From: Isurus oxyrinchus
Taxonomy: Eukaryota
Length of the DNA: 64,000 nt
Direction: 5' to 3'
Assembly (NCBI GenBank): GCA_026770705.1
Contig: JANJGN010000004.1
Location: 101,990,001-102,054,000 of the forward strand
This document shows positions 50,530 through 62,149 of the stretch, piece after piece. Numbering within the stretch: position 1 is the stretch's first letter; each line of letters begins with the position of its first letter. The translations under genes and the position numbers were made by a program. Under the pieces are notes generated by a model. It worked only from the letters and a program-made list of their open reading frames with translations. It did no database searches and was not told where the DNA came from.

Positions 50530-50609
50530 CTTGGTGGGAATCAAACCCGAGTGCCCAGAAAGCCTCTGGATTACCAGTCTAGTGACAACACCACTAAACC
50601 ACCAGCTCC
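50530..50609 (-). promoter_or_regulatory. tRNA-derived Pol III-type head (A and B boxes) of LINE
   Basis: Minus strand: A box TGGTTTAGTGG (50591-50601) and B box GGTTTGATTCC (50537-50547). Confidence 0.65.
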
Positions 50610-50829
50610 TCAGTATTGGAAAGGGACTTGAATGCACTCAGTCAGATGTGAGGAAGCCACTGAGACACTGATGTTTTAAATTCTTGCCATATTCCTACAT
50701 TCGGTTGAGAAGTGGTCTACTCCAAGGCCTCGACAAACTGAAATGGTGAACTCAATTTTCACCACAGAGAAAGGCAACAGGAGCCAAGCCTGTTTTTGAG
50801 AGAGAAACCTGCCTCTGTGGAGAAACTGA

Positions 50830-52720
50830 TTAAAGGGCCGGCTGTCACTTCATCAGTGCCAATCTGGATCTAGTTCTGGAGGTTGTGAGGGAGAGTAGGG
50901 AGATCCCCTTCCTGGAGGGTGGCAGGAGAAGGTCACCTTGTGTTGCAGAAGGTGCACCTCTCTGTTCAGTGTTATCTTCCTCTATCTCTAATTCCTCCTC
51001 CTTTCTTGCCTCTAGCTCCGGCTTCTCCCCGACAAGCTATTTCCTTCCAGTGCCCAACCATCCTCAAGGTGCACACCTTTCCAGAGAGCAATGTTGTGGA
51101 GAGCGCAGGGGACCACCACAATGAGGGAGACACTTGCAGGCAGGTATTAGAGGGCATCAGAATTACATCTTCAAAGGCCCAATGGCCCTCTCAATGGTTG
51201 CTCTACTGAGGGGGTAGCATTGGTTGTATCGTCTCTGTGCCTCTGTCTGGGGCTCCCGTGGAAGGGTGGGTAGCCATGTCTTCAAGGGATATTCCTTGTC
51301 CCTGAAGATCCACCCACACACTTTGGGGATTAGAGCTTGGATTTCCAGAGGTTGAAGAAATCATGGCATCTGCCAGGAAAGTAGTGCACATAGAGGAACC
51401 TCTTCTTGTTGTCGCAGGCCAATTAGACTTTGAAGGAGTGGAAACCCTTGCTGTTGATGGACCTCATGAATCAGTCACTGGGTGCCTTGATGGCCACTTG
51501 AGTGCAATTGATGATGCCCTGCACCTTGGGGAATCCAGAGTTGGAGGTAAAACCCAATGCCCTGTGTTCCTGCAAGTTCATTTATGTCATTAAATGAGTA
51601 TGCTGGCAAAGGGTGACCAGTGAGATGCAATGATGCATCCTATGGGATGCCACGAAGGTCATCAGCTGATCCTTGGGAGGAGCCAGAAATGAAGAAGTTC
51701 AAGGCCACAGGACAGGATTTTCCATTCATCGGGCGGGCTCAGCAGGAGTGGGCACGGGTGGTCAGGAACCCAGTTACCACCCATGATTGGCTCAACACTG
51801 CCATTTTATGCAGGCGGGTCAATTATGGCCCACTCAGGATAACATGTGAGCGGTAGCGCTGAGTGTTGCCTGTGTGGGTGGGGGGGGGGGGTTGGGGGGG
51901 GGGGCAGGGAGAGGAGGGAGGAGGCATGCACGCGAAAGAGCGTTTCAATCTCCAAGGCATAGAGCTGCCTCCAGGAGATTGAAGCGCTTTTTAAAAAAAT
52001 AAACAATGAAAATTTAATGAAACATGTCCCCTCATGTGACTGTGTCACATGAGATGGGATGCTTTTATTTTTCAGAAAAAGTTTTAATGTAATCATTATA
52101 AGCTTTAGGAAATCTCATCCCGCTTGTGGATGAGGTTTCCTAAAAAATGTAAAGACTGCTTGGCCCTTTCGCCTGCCCGCCAACCATTAGGTTGGATGGG
52201 CAGCATAAATTTGGAGTTAATTAGTACGTTAATGGCCTTAATAGGCCTTTCAATTATCGGCAGGGACACGGCTGACTCCAGCATGCGCCTGCCGAATGAA
52301 ATATCGTGAGGCAGTGAGATGACGTTGGGGCACATGCCCAACGTTATCGCGTGTTATTTTATGTTTTGGCATGTTGGACACGCCCCCGCATGCTGAATGG
52401 AAAATTTTGCCCACAGTGACTTTTACTTCTTTGACTTTGGCTTCAGACAGGGCATGGTGTCCAAGGTACAAGGTCTTCAATGATGAGGGCACATGTGCTT
52501 GCGAGCATCTGTTTAGAGAGTCCGTCTCCAATAGCATGGTGTCTCAGACACTTCTACAGGTAGCTTTGTCTTCAGTGGTAGATCCTGCATTGAGGGTGCA
52601 GCCTCCATTACCTCCCAGCCACTTGTTCCTCTATCCTGCTCACTTGATCCCCCAGATTCTGCCTTTCCTGCAGAGGATGTTGACCCAAATTGCCATTGGG
52701 CCAAAAATCTGACAGTCATG
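50830..52720 (-). mobile_element. Old Harbinger remnant (transposase on -, Myb on +), split by a MITE
   Basis: Minus strand: GHHAL…KVT|VALNFFISGSSQGSADDL…GFPKVQGIINCTQVAIKAP, continuous across the MITE. Plus strand 50835-50940: HFISANLDLVLEVVRESREIPFLEGGRRR (Myb N-terminus). Confidence 0.7.
51710..52412 (-). mobile_element. Harbinger-derived MITE, complete
   Basis: TIRs GGACAGGATTTTCC / GGAAAATTTTGCCC with exact 3-bp TSD ACA (51707-51709 / 52413-52415); inverted homolog of 5749-6393. Confidence 0.85.
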
Positions 52721-53542
52721 CTCCAATGCCAACTACAGCCTTCCTTTTAGACAGATGGCTACTGCATAGTGATTGGCAGCCTTTCCTCCTGCTCTTCTGC
52801 CCCATGGCGCTGGTTTTGATGACCCTGTTCGATGCTCAAGTACTGACTGCCCACCAGTCCTGCCACTTGTGCAGCGCCAAGGGCACTTAGTTGTCAAGTA
52901 CAGAGTTTGCGCCTGTGACCCTGTTATTAAGCCGTACAATGCCCTAAGGTAGCCGTGACTGGTTCCCCAATGTGTACCCATCTCCCTTCATTTCAGAAAC
53001 TGACAGCTTCCGAAATCTGTCCATCCCTTTAAATATTCCACCCTCACCCTTCAACAAGCTCTTGATGATCTATTTAGTGAGTTCAATTGGCCTCAATTAG
53101 GAGGAGAACAGGATTCCTGTCCCACCCTCCCCTCATCCTGGTGATTACTGCGGATCCCCTATTGATGCTGTCTCTCATCCTCCCTCCTTCTTTCTGAAGC
53201 AATGCAAGGCTGTGTTTCATGCTTCACCACCTTGGTAGTGTTGCTGATATTGGGAACTTGGTAAGTGGGCAAATTACCGGCACAATCCCAGGTTCTACCA
53301 GTCTATGTCACAGGCTTTTAAGGGCACTAATGTGCTGTGCCTCCACACTGGCCTCAGCCTTGGCTGTTCATTTGGATTCTGGAGGTGGAATCGGGTTCTG
53401 CAGTGTTCGTTCTTTTATGGTGTTTCACAGCCTCCAAATGGCTGAGAACAGTATTTAAGATAAGTGCAAATATTCAGGGGGCAAGTGTGCTGAAAGTGCA
53501 GCCTTTTTGGCAGGGTTTCCAGTGCTTTGAGTATTTATACGC

Positions 53543-54795
53543 TCAACAACCTTTCCACCCACGGTCGTTGACAGGGCCCTCAACCGTGTCCGGCCCATCT
53601 CCCGCGCATCCACCCTCACCCCTTCTCCTCCCTCCCAGAAACATGATAGGGTCCCCCTTGTCCTCACTTATCACCCCACCAGCCTCCGCGTTCAAAGGAT
53701 CATCCTCCGCCATTTCCGCCAACTCCAGCATGATGCCACTACCAAACACATCTTCCCTTCACCCCCACTGTCGGCATTCCGTAGGGATCGTTCCCTCCAG
53801 GACACCCTGGTCCACTCCTCCATCACCCCCTACTCCTCAACCCCCTCCTATGGCACCACCCCATGCCCACGCAAAAGATGTAACACCTGCCCCTTCACTG
53901 CCTCTCTCCTCACCGTCCAAGGGCCCAAACACTCCTTTCAAGTGAAGCAACATTTCACTTTCATTTCCCCTAACTTAGTCTACTGCATTCATTGCTCCCA
54001 ATGTGGTCTCCTCTACATTGGAGAGACCAAACGTAAACTGGGCGACCGCTTTGCAGAACACCTGCGGTCTGTCTGCAAGAATGACCCAAACCTCCGTGTC
54101 ACTTGCCATTTTAACACTCCACCCTGCTCTCTTGCCCACATGTCTGTCCTTGGCTTGCTGCATTGTTCCAGTGAAGCCCAACGCAAACTGGAGGAACAAC
54201 ACCTCATCTTCCGACTAGGCACTTTACAGCCTTCCGGACTGAATATTGAATTCAACAACTTTAGGTCTTGACCTCCCCCCTCCATCCCCACCCCCTTTCT
54301 GTTTCTTCCCCCTTCCTTTTGTTTTTTTCCAATAAATTTTTCTTTTTCCCACCTACTTCCATTATTTTTAAATATTTTTAAATCTTTTATGCTCCCCCCA
54401 CCCCCACTAGAGCTATACCTTGAGTGCCCTACCATCCATTCTTAATTAGCACATTCATTTAGATAATATCACCAACTTTAACACCTATGTATTCTTTTGT
54501 TCTGTTGTTTTTGACATCTTTTGATGATCTGCTTCTATCACTGCTTGTTTGTCCCTACAACCGCACCACCTCCCTCCACTTCTCTCCCCCCACCCAACCC
54601 ACCCACCCCACCCCCACACCTTAAACCAGCTTATATTTCACCCCTTCCTTGGATTCACCAAGTTCTGTCGAAGGGTCATGAGGACTCGAAACATCAACTC
54701 TTTCCTTCTCCGCCGATGCTGCCAGACCTGCTGAGTTTTTCCAGGTAATTCTGTTTTTGTTTTGAATTTCCAGCATCCGCAGTTTTTTGTTTTTA
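53543..54795 (+). mobile_element. Penelope-like (Neptune-type) element, 5'-truncated, young
   Basis: Highly similar to 28047-29393 and 47887-49066; NLVYCIHCSQCGLLYIGETKRKLGDRFAEH…GLNIEFNNFRS* (stop at 54271); full pLTR tail. Confidence 0.9.
54661..54699 (+). ncRNA. Hammerhead-like ribozyme, variant core CUGUCGA
   Basis: AGTT-CTGTCGA-A-GGGTC-ATGAG-GACTC-GAAACATC-AACT. Confidence 0.65.
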
Positions 54796-55189
54796 ATCTT
54801 CTCCAGTAGTCCAGTCTACTGAAGTCCAATTCCTCATACAATTCCTCTCCAGTGGCCTCACCCTCTGGAAAGCTAACACCCCCTCCCCTTTCCCTGTCCC
54901 CAGTGTACACCAGCCCATACCATTATCCCATCCTCTAAAAGATGCGCAGTGTCAGTCTCTAAGTTGGGGAATATAAACTTTAGTAACAAGAGTATTTTCA
55001 TTTTCAATGTCTACTTCCCCCTCCTCCCCTGAGTGGGAAACCTCCAGTTCTTAGGCATCTGAAATGTAAAAGGGGCAAGATTTGGGTTATGACGAGGGGA
55101 GATGATAAAGTAAGAAGTGTGTGCTTACATCATCTGGAGCTTGAGTCAGAATAGATAGATGGTGGGATGAGGGAAGAAGGAGCAGGTAC

Positions 55190-55362
55190 ACAGATACCCT
55201 CACCATCAATCCCTCCAACCCTAACAGTGGGCACAGTCTCAATGATGCCCTTTCTGATGATGGCTGCCTTTGTCTCCTGCATGGAGGTTAGAACATGCAG
55301 CTGCATGCCTCCTCCACCTCTTTTCTGCTGCCTACTGTTGTCCGCTACCTTCTCCTCCCAGA
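55190..55362 (-). pseudogene. Harbinger Myb gene exon-2 remnant
   Basis: EKVADNSRQQKRGGGGMQLHVLTSMQE resembles exon 2 (EKTAHN…TGGGQAQLFILT) of the element at 15006. Confidence 0.5.
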
Positions 55363-56404
55363 AAAAGGGAAGTGAATCAGTGAGTCTCATGCAATATGAT
55401 TGAACGATGTGCCTGTCATGGCGCAATAGCTGCCAGTGTGCGCGAGCTGTGTGTGAGAGGCTTGTAACAGTTCTATCTGTGTGAGGGTGAGGTAAAGCAA
55501 ATGAATACCACTATTAAGTATTGCTAAAGATGGTTGGTTGATAAGTGATGCGGGTATAGTGAATTGAGCAATAGATGGTGTAACAATGTTGATATCTTCT
55601 TCAAAGAAATTCAAATTTTCTGTTAATAGCTGAAAGAGTGATACGAGATTTCATGTTTTAAGGTGTTTACTATGATAAAAGACTAAAAGCTCTATTGATT
55701 AAACACTATCTTTACAGACTGCTTATATGTTAAACCACTGAATGGAATAGTCCCCATCTTTTTTTTTTAGCAAATCCGAGAAAACACTCTGAACAGATAT
55801 ATGATACCTTGTCCTTTAAGTAGCCATTCATTTCTCCCGATGTGGTAATCTTAGGTGCAATACACAATTAAGAGAACATGAGCAAATTGATCACATGGCT
55901 GTATGACCCAAATGCTATGTAGTGCGGGCTGTAATGTTATGAGTTAGTCTGGAGTAGTGTCTGGATGGAGAAGCACACACCATGATCATGCTGTGTTGCC
56001 TGTGTAAATAAATAGCATGTGCTTCATCTCATATTGGTCTCTGCATCTGCAGTATATTGTTATCAACTCACCCGCCAACAGGTGCAGCCAGTTCACAAGC
56101 AAAGTGACCCCAAAGTAGAACATAATACCCAAAATCAGTCTAAGTAATTCTGAGTCCCCAAGGATTGATTTCTATTCTTTTCAATTCGCAACCTGGTAAA
56201 TTCTAACTCCCAGAACTGCCCTTCACAGTGAGAGTATTAATGGAGACTGCTCCCTCTAACTAAAGCTAGGTAAATCTTCCAGCCTTGTTTTAACTGCCCA
56301 TAAATTTGGTATTTTCAAGCCATGTGCAAGTGTCCACCTGCATTCCAGCATGGTAAACCATAGAGACTTTCACCCTCGAGCTGTAACCTACCTATTTGAG
56401 ATAG

Positions 56405-56755
56405 TCAATGATATTTTAGGAATCCTATAACCCAATATCACAATAAATTCCTCTATCCCTTTGCCATCTCAAAACTCATCACTGTGGCAATGTGAATCAC
56501 GGGCCTTGTATCCAGGTAGAAATGCTGATTAGTTGTACTTGAGGCACCAACTTTCTTTTATTTTGGAAGTAAAATGACAGTTTAAAGCGTGACTGTTTAC
56601 AACTGCTCAACACTTTTCTGGGACTTTGGAGGCTCATAGTCTATCCACAGTTAGCACATAGGTTGCTGCCATTGTCTCCAAATGTCAGCACCTTCTTGCT
56701 AATAAAACAATCTGGGTCCTCTTTAATCTCTAACAATCAAACGGCCCAGGTTTGC
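56405..56755 (-). mobile_element. Probable Gypsy gag-like remnant; paralog of 29780-30150
   Basis: Shared blocks TATTTTAGGAA.CCTATAACCCAATATCA, ATAGGTTGCTGCCATTGTCTC and TAAAACAATCTGGG.CCTCTTTAATCTC. Confidence 0.35.
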
Positions 56756-56765
56756 TGTTCAGCAG

Positions 56766-57983
56766 TGTTATGGACAGGAGAGGGTCAGTTCAAACAACAC
56801 TGTTTTCCTCTTACCGCCTGTCCATAAACAGAAGATGTTTTGAATAAGTTTTTTTTTCCTTTTAGAATAAGCGGTGGCATAGTGTCCCAACTCCTCGGTG
56901 TTTATATGATCCAATTTCACCAATAAACCCATAGCAATCTCGAGTTAGGATTAACTCAACAGGTTAGTTTATTGTAAACATTTAAACCCTATGAAAAAGA
57001 ACATTAGCAACACCACACTCTGCATTCACACAGTAAAGGAAGGGATAGAGAAGAGAAGGTTTTATAGTACAAAGACCACAGAGAAAATGAATATTGGTTC
57101 ACGTGAGTCCCAGAGTTCCAGATTTGGAGTCCAATGAGGAAGTCTTTCATGTAGTTATTCGATGGTCAGCTGGCTGGAACTAATGTTGTATGATTCACTT
57201 TTTCAGGTGGCGTTGATGACGCAAGATGAAGTAGGCACATAGAGATTGCATTATTTCTGTAGGCGATAATACAAAATCTTCCAGTACAATCAAGTTAGAT
57301 GGGCCAGTGGTCCAACTTGGACAGAGCTTGCTTCTGTGTGGCCTGCCAGTTGGATAATAAGCAGCAGACTGTCTGAACAGCTCAGAGAGGTAATGTTAAA
57401 CTACTCAAAAGGCCAGAGCCTTGGGTCATGTGATCTTCCTTCTCCACAGTGACTTCAACAAAGGATATTTGTCCAGCATCTGGAATTTGGCTTTCATTTC
57501 AAGACTGAGAATGTCTCAGCCATTACATGTTGAAAGCGGTGACCTTTGTGTTGAGGGTCTGGTGTTTGGGAAGCCATTGTCTCAACAGACCTACAGACTC
57601 CACTTGCAAGGTCAGCTTATCAAATGCAAATAGAATTTCTTTTACTTCCTTTGAAATTGGTCTGTGCAGTCCCAAGTGGTCTGTTGGACGCTGTTTTGGC
57701 ATAATGAGGCATGACATTCCCGAAACTGAGAAGAGGTTCCTTTTGTTCTGGAAACCGCTGCAGGACAATTTCCAGACAGAGGGTCAACCATTTTAAGCCT
57801 TTGTTCAGCAGAAAAGTCCAGTTTAAAATTAAGAAATAGTAATAAAGTTTTTAAAATATATACAGGGTTGGGTTTTATTTCCGTGTTGGAGGAAGCCAAC
57901 AGGTCAACTTCAGAACAGAACCCCTTTCGTATCACCTTAAATTAAAGATACATAGCAATCTTATCAACCTCATAACTGTAACA
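56766..57983. mobile_element. LTR-like segment
   Basis: Starts TGTTATGGAC and a candidate end is TGTAACA; no clear TSD, so the right boundary is uncertain. Confidence 0.35.
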
Positions 57984-58544
57984 ATGAGGCTCATGGTGCA
58001 CTTGGTTGGATATGCTATTTGAAGATGAATTCACTCACCTTGACAATGTTAAATGTCTTCCTACTCTGCATCCATTCTCTTGGAGCAAACTCCTGGTATT
58101 GACCTCCAATTATATTTCTTCCCATTGCCTCTGGAGCGCATTACTGGAGTACCTCTTGCCACCCTGCAGATTCAAGACATATCCCTTCTTTGCACTAAGA
58201 CCTCTAGTGCAGTGTCTGCAAACATTATTGCACACTCCTTCTCAAATTTAGCCATTGCTTAAAATATCAAATTACAGGATCAATGCTCAAATGACTCCCA
58301 CAATGTCCGTCAGCCACAACGTAGCTCCTGTTCAAGAGTTAAAATTGTCTTTAGGCAGTGCTGGTCACTTGTGACAAGGGGCCCCCTGCTGATGCATGTA
58401 GCCAGAGTGCAGTAATGCTTGCTGCAGCACAAATTTACCATGCTGCCTGCAACTCAATGAATGGGTCTGGGCTAATCATATACAGCAATCTCCTTGCTTA
58501 TCTTTTGGGGAAAATTGATGTTTTTAGAAGCAACTGACATGGTT

Positions 58545-59265
58545 CTTAGAAATAAGGCAGACCAAGTAGATCAAGTGTCAATGGGGGAACATTTAGGAGA
58601 CAGTGATTATTGTATTGTATGTTTTAGGATGATGATAGAAAAAGGCTTTATTAATAGGGGCATAGAGTACAAGAGCAGGGAGGTTATGCTGAATTTACAT
58701 AAGACCCTTATTTTGTGGAATTTTGTGTACAGTTCTGGGCACCATATTATAGGAAGGATATGAACACATTGGAGAGAGAGCAGAAGAGGTTTACAAGAAT
58801 GGTCCCAGGGTGAGAAACTTCAGCTATGAGGATAGATTGGAGAAGTGGGGACTTTTTCCCTTGGGGAGGAGAAGGCTGAGAGGAGACTTGATAGAAGTTT
58901 TCAAAATAATGAGGGGGCTGGACAAAGTAGATAGGGAGAAGTTGTTCCCACAAGTAAAACAATCAAGAACAAGAGGGCACAGGTTTAAAGTGATTTGCAG
59001 AAGAAGCAAATGTGATGTGAGAAAAAACTTTGTCACACAACGAAGTGGTTAGGGTCTGGAATTCACTGCCTGTAAGTGCAGTGGAGGTAGGTTCAATTGA
59101 GACATTCAAGAGGGCATTACATGGTTATTTGAGTAGAAACAAGGTGCAGGGGTACTGGGAAAAGGCAGGGCAATGGCAGCACCAGGTCATAATGTTCATT
59201 TGGAGAGCCGGTGCAGACACGATGGGCCGAATGGCCTCCTTCTGTGCGGGTAAGATTCTGTGATT
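58545..59265 (+). mobile_element. CR1-type LINE, internally deleted 3' part
   Basis: GEHLGDSDY (APE) fused to RGIEYKSREVMLNL…SYEDRL…RRLRGDLIEVFKIMRGLDKVD…WNSLP, followed by the 3' UTR. Confidence 0.85.
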
Positions 59266-60667
59266 CACCCTCAGAAAGAAGGAAAGCAGTTGTTAAATCA
59301 GGATTCAGACCCACTCGTATTGACCTTCATTCTCTGTTTATTTTGTACTCTATAAATCTCACTAATTTTGGAGACATATTTTGCATGGGGTTGTTTTTAT
59401 ATGTTCCTGTGCAATATTTTCTGGAACCTAGCAAGGAAGAGTTAGAAAGAAATGTAGTTTAAAAAGGATGATTCTTCCATACAAATCAGTCAGCCATAAA
59501 GTGTTGAAATGTCCAATATATATCGAAGGATAAGAATCCCATTGTATGCATACATGGAAAAAATATGATTAAGTCTGCCTTTTTAACCGCTGATGCAGAT
59601 AACTGCAAAGCATCTGTATAGGCTGCAAATAATTTGGTCTGCTATTGTTTCTTGGGGCAATTTCAGATTTTTGTAAGGAACTTCATTTAAGGTCGCAAGA
59701 TCTTTTGAAATATTACTAATTCCTGGAGATCTTCATATGAATACACTCCTTTTAAATATGAAGGACTTTAATTCATGTACTAATGTCAATGTTCTGAGGC
59801 TAAAGTTGAGGAGTAGAGATGGATAGCTCCGGAACGCATCCTGGGTACATGCATTTTCTATTTTGGAACAACTGTGGGACATTTCTGCACACCTGGATGT
59901 CATTGCTGAGGCGGGATCAGAGAATTGCAATTCAATGAATGATTAAGAGGCTGTATTCATGAAAATGTTACTAGAATCTGATCTACTTGGGAAACTGTGA
60001 ATGTGCAAGTGAAACAGGTTTTCCTGATGGCTGGTAACTTTAAATTCCTCACTTTGGTGGTTTTTCCGCTATAGAGAATTAGAATCCCAACCCCAGTTAT
60101 GGTCCAGCAGTGCATGAAGTAAGAGGTTCTTGCTGACTTTTGAAAATACATAGGGCAGAATTTTACACCTCATGGGCTGGTGCATGCCCAACCCAATTGG
60201 ACGTAAAATAACATGAGAAGACATCGGGCGAGCATCCTGACGTCATCCCACACGCGCACAATCTCCAGGTCAGCGGGCATGCATGGGTGTCGGAGCTGCT
60301 CCCACCATGAATTAAAAGGCCACTTAAGGCCATTAAAACCCCAATTGAACCCGATTTTACGTTGCCCGTGCGATTTCGCGCTCATAGCATGGGCAAAATG
60401 AGCAGGTGGGCAGGCCATATTTTGCTAAACCTTACCCAAGGGTGGAATAAAAAGGGACAGCAGAATTGCCAGTGTGAGTAGTGAGGAGTTTAGGAGATAG
60501 TTTGCTGCTGGTTGCTTATTTGAACATGACAGCTTCATCTCTGTTTCAAGCTTCATTCTCTGCACTTCTAGGCTTCATTTCAGGACTCATTGGTGTCTCC
60601 AAGGCCCCTCTAGGATTCAGACTATGTGACCCTTCTGGATATCAGATGACCTCCTGTAACCCTGGTA

Positions 60668-61885
60668 ATGGGGATTATGGTCTCTGCTGGTGGCACCTCC
60701 TCTCAGGAGGAAGAGAGGGGCAGAAGGGAGAGGAGGTCAGGTGTCCCAATGCAGCTTCCAGGGGAACAACCTGTGGGAGGAGAGGCGCAAGCAGAAGTGG
60801 GGCAGGGCCAGCAGGTAGTCCAAGGTGGAAGGGGCTGCAGAAAATGCCACTTTCCTGCAACCAGGGTTTACAGGCAGCAATGCAGCTACCTCAATATGTC
60901 TGAGGTAAAATGCCGAATGATGCTCCGCCTCTCAAGGGAGACAGTGACCTCCATTTGCCAGATGACTGGGCCTGAGATCAGCTCCAACTGTGTGGGTACA
61001 CACCCCTTGCCAGTGGCTCTGAAGGTCACAGTGGTCCTCAACCTCTATGCCTCCAACTCTTTCCAGTGGTCAGTGGGGGACCTTTGTGGAGTGTCCCAAT
61101 CAGCTGTCCACAGTTGCGTCAAGCTGGTGACAGAAACTCCGTTCAGGTGGGTAATGACATTTATTCATTTCCGTGTGGATGAGGCTAGTCAGTCTGAGTG
61201 AACCAGAGGCTTTGCAGTGATTGCTGTGTTCCCCCACATCCAGGGGGCAATCGATTTGCAATATGTGGCCATCAAGGCGCCAGTGGGTCAGCCATTTGCC
61301 TTCATCAACAGGAAGGGATTCCACTCCATGTAGTTGAAGATAGTTTGTGACCACAAGACACAGATTCTGCAAGTCTGTGCAAGGTACCCCGCCAGCTCCC
61401 ATGATGTTTATATCCTCAGACACTCCCAGGTGCCAAAGCTCTTCAGTGCTCCAGCCCGGCTGGATGGATGGCTGCTGGGTGACAAGGGCTATCCCCTGAA
61501 AAGGTGGCTCATGATGCCTCTCTGCCTCCCAAGAATAGGGGCAGAGCAGTGTTATAATAGGAGTGATGCCTCCTCAAGGGCTGTGATAGAAAGGGCCATG
61601 GGTCTTCTGAAAATGCCCTTCTGATGCCTGGACCATTCACTGGGAGCACTACAATACCCCCCAGAGCAGATGTCACTGATAGTGGTTGCAAGCTGTGCTC
61701 TCTAAAATCTGGCTTTGGCAAGGGACACCCACTGGAGAAAGAGGATCTTGAGGCAGCTCCACAGGCCACAGAGGATGAATGCAGTAGAAGAGGAGCATGG
61801 TGAGGAGAATGCTGAGGATGTGGAGAGGGACATTGGTATCCTTCAGGAAGGCAGAGACGCCTTGATCCAGCGACATTTCAGCTAG
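60668..61885 (+). pseudogene. Harbinger DDE transposase with premature stops
   Basis: LPVALKVTVVLNLYASNSFQ, GAID, RKGFHS, ARYPASSHDVYIL, LLGDKGYPL and IERAMGLLKMPF*; stops at 61201, ~61333 and 61624. Confidence 0.9.
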
Positions 61886-62149
61886 GCTGCCAAAGATCTG
61901 CTTCCACCTCATGCCAGGACTGCCGCCTCCATCCCGGGTGTCTGAAATGACCCTTTCATCTGAACCCAAAGTTCACTCAGTGCCTGTGCAATAAAGTTTA
62001 GAGCCACCCAATTCCAGCATTAGACACTGGCATACCCCACACCAAAAAAATACAGAGGTGAAGCATACTCAGGCTATTATGACAAAAACAAAATTTATTT
62101 CATTTTGACAATCCAAAAAAATTAACATAACTTTCTCTGATTTTCATTC

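Larger units (their letters stand above)
44986..50609 (-). mobile_element. Near full-length CR1/L2-group LINE (~3.2 kb without insertions) with tRNA-derived head
   Basis: APE N-terminus NIWGLVPKLGELSHR…QQPDI at ~50260; RT GVPQVRVLGPTIFSCFIN…FTADCT (45536-46033); intact 3' UTR. Hosts a solo LTR and a PLE. Confidence 0.9.

Noticed and set aside
50530-50609. Possible tRNA gene
   Set aside because: A and B boxes are present but there is no convincing cloverleaf, the spacing is elongated, and it is fused to a LINE; scored as a retroposon head.
60668-61885. Domesticated HARBI1 gene
   Set aside because: Multiple stops, flanking TIR and adjacent Myb gene show it is a transposon copy, not the host gene.
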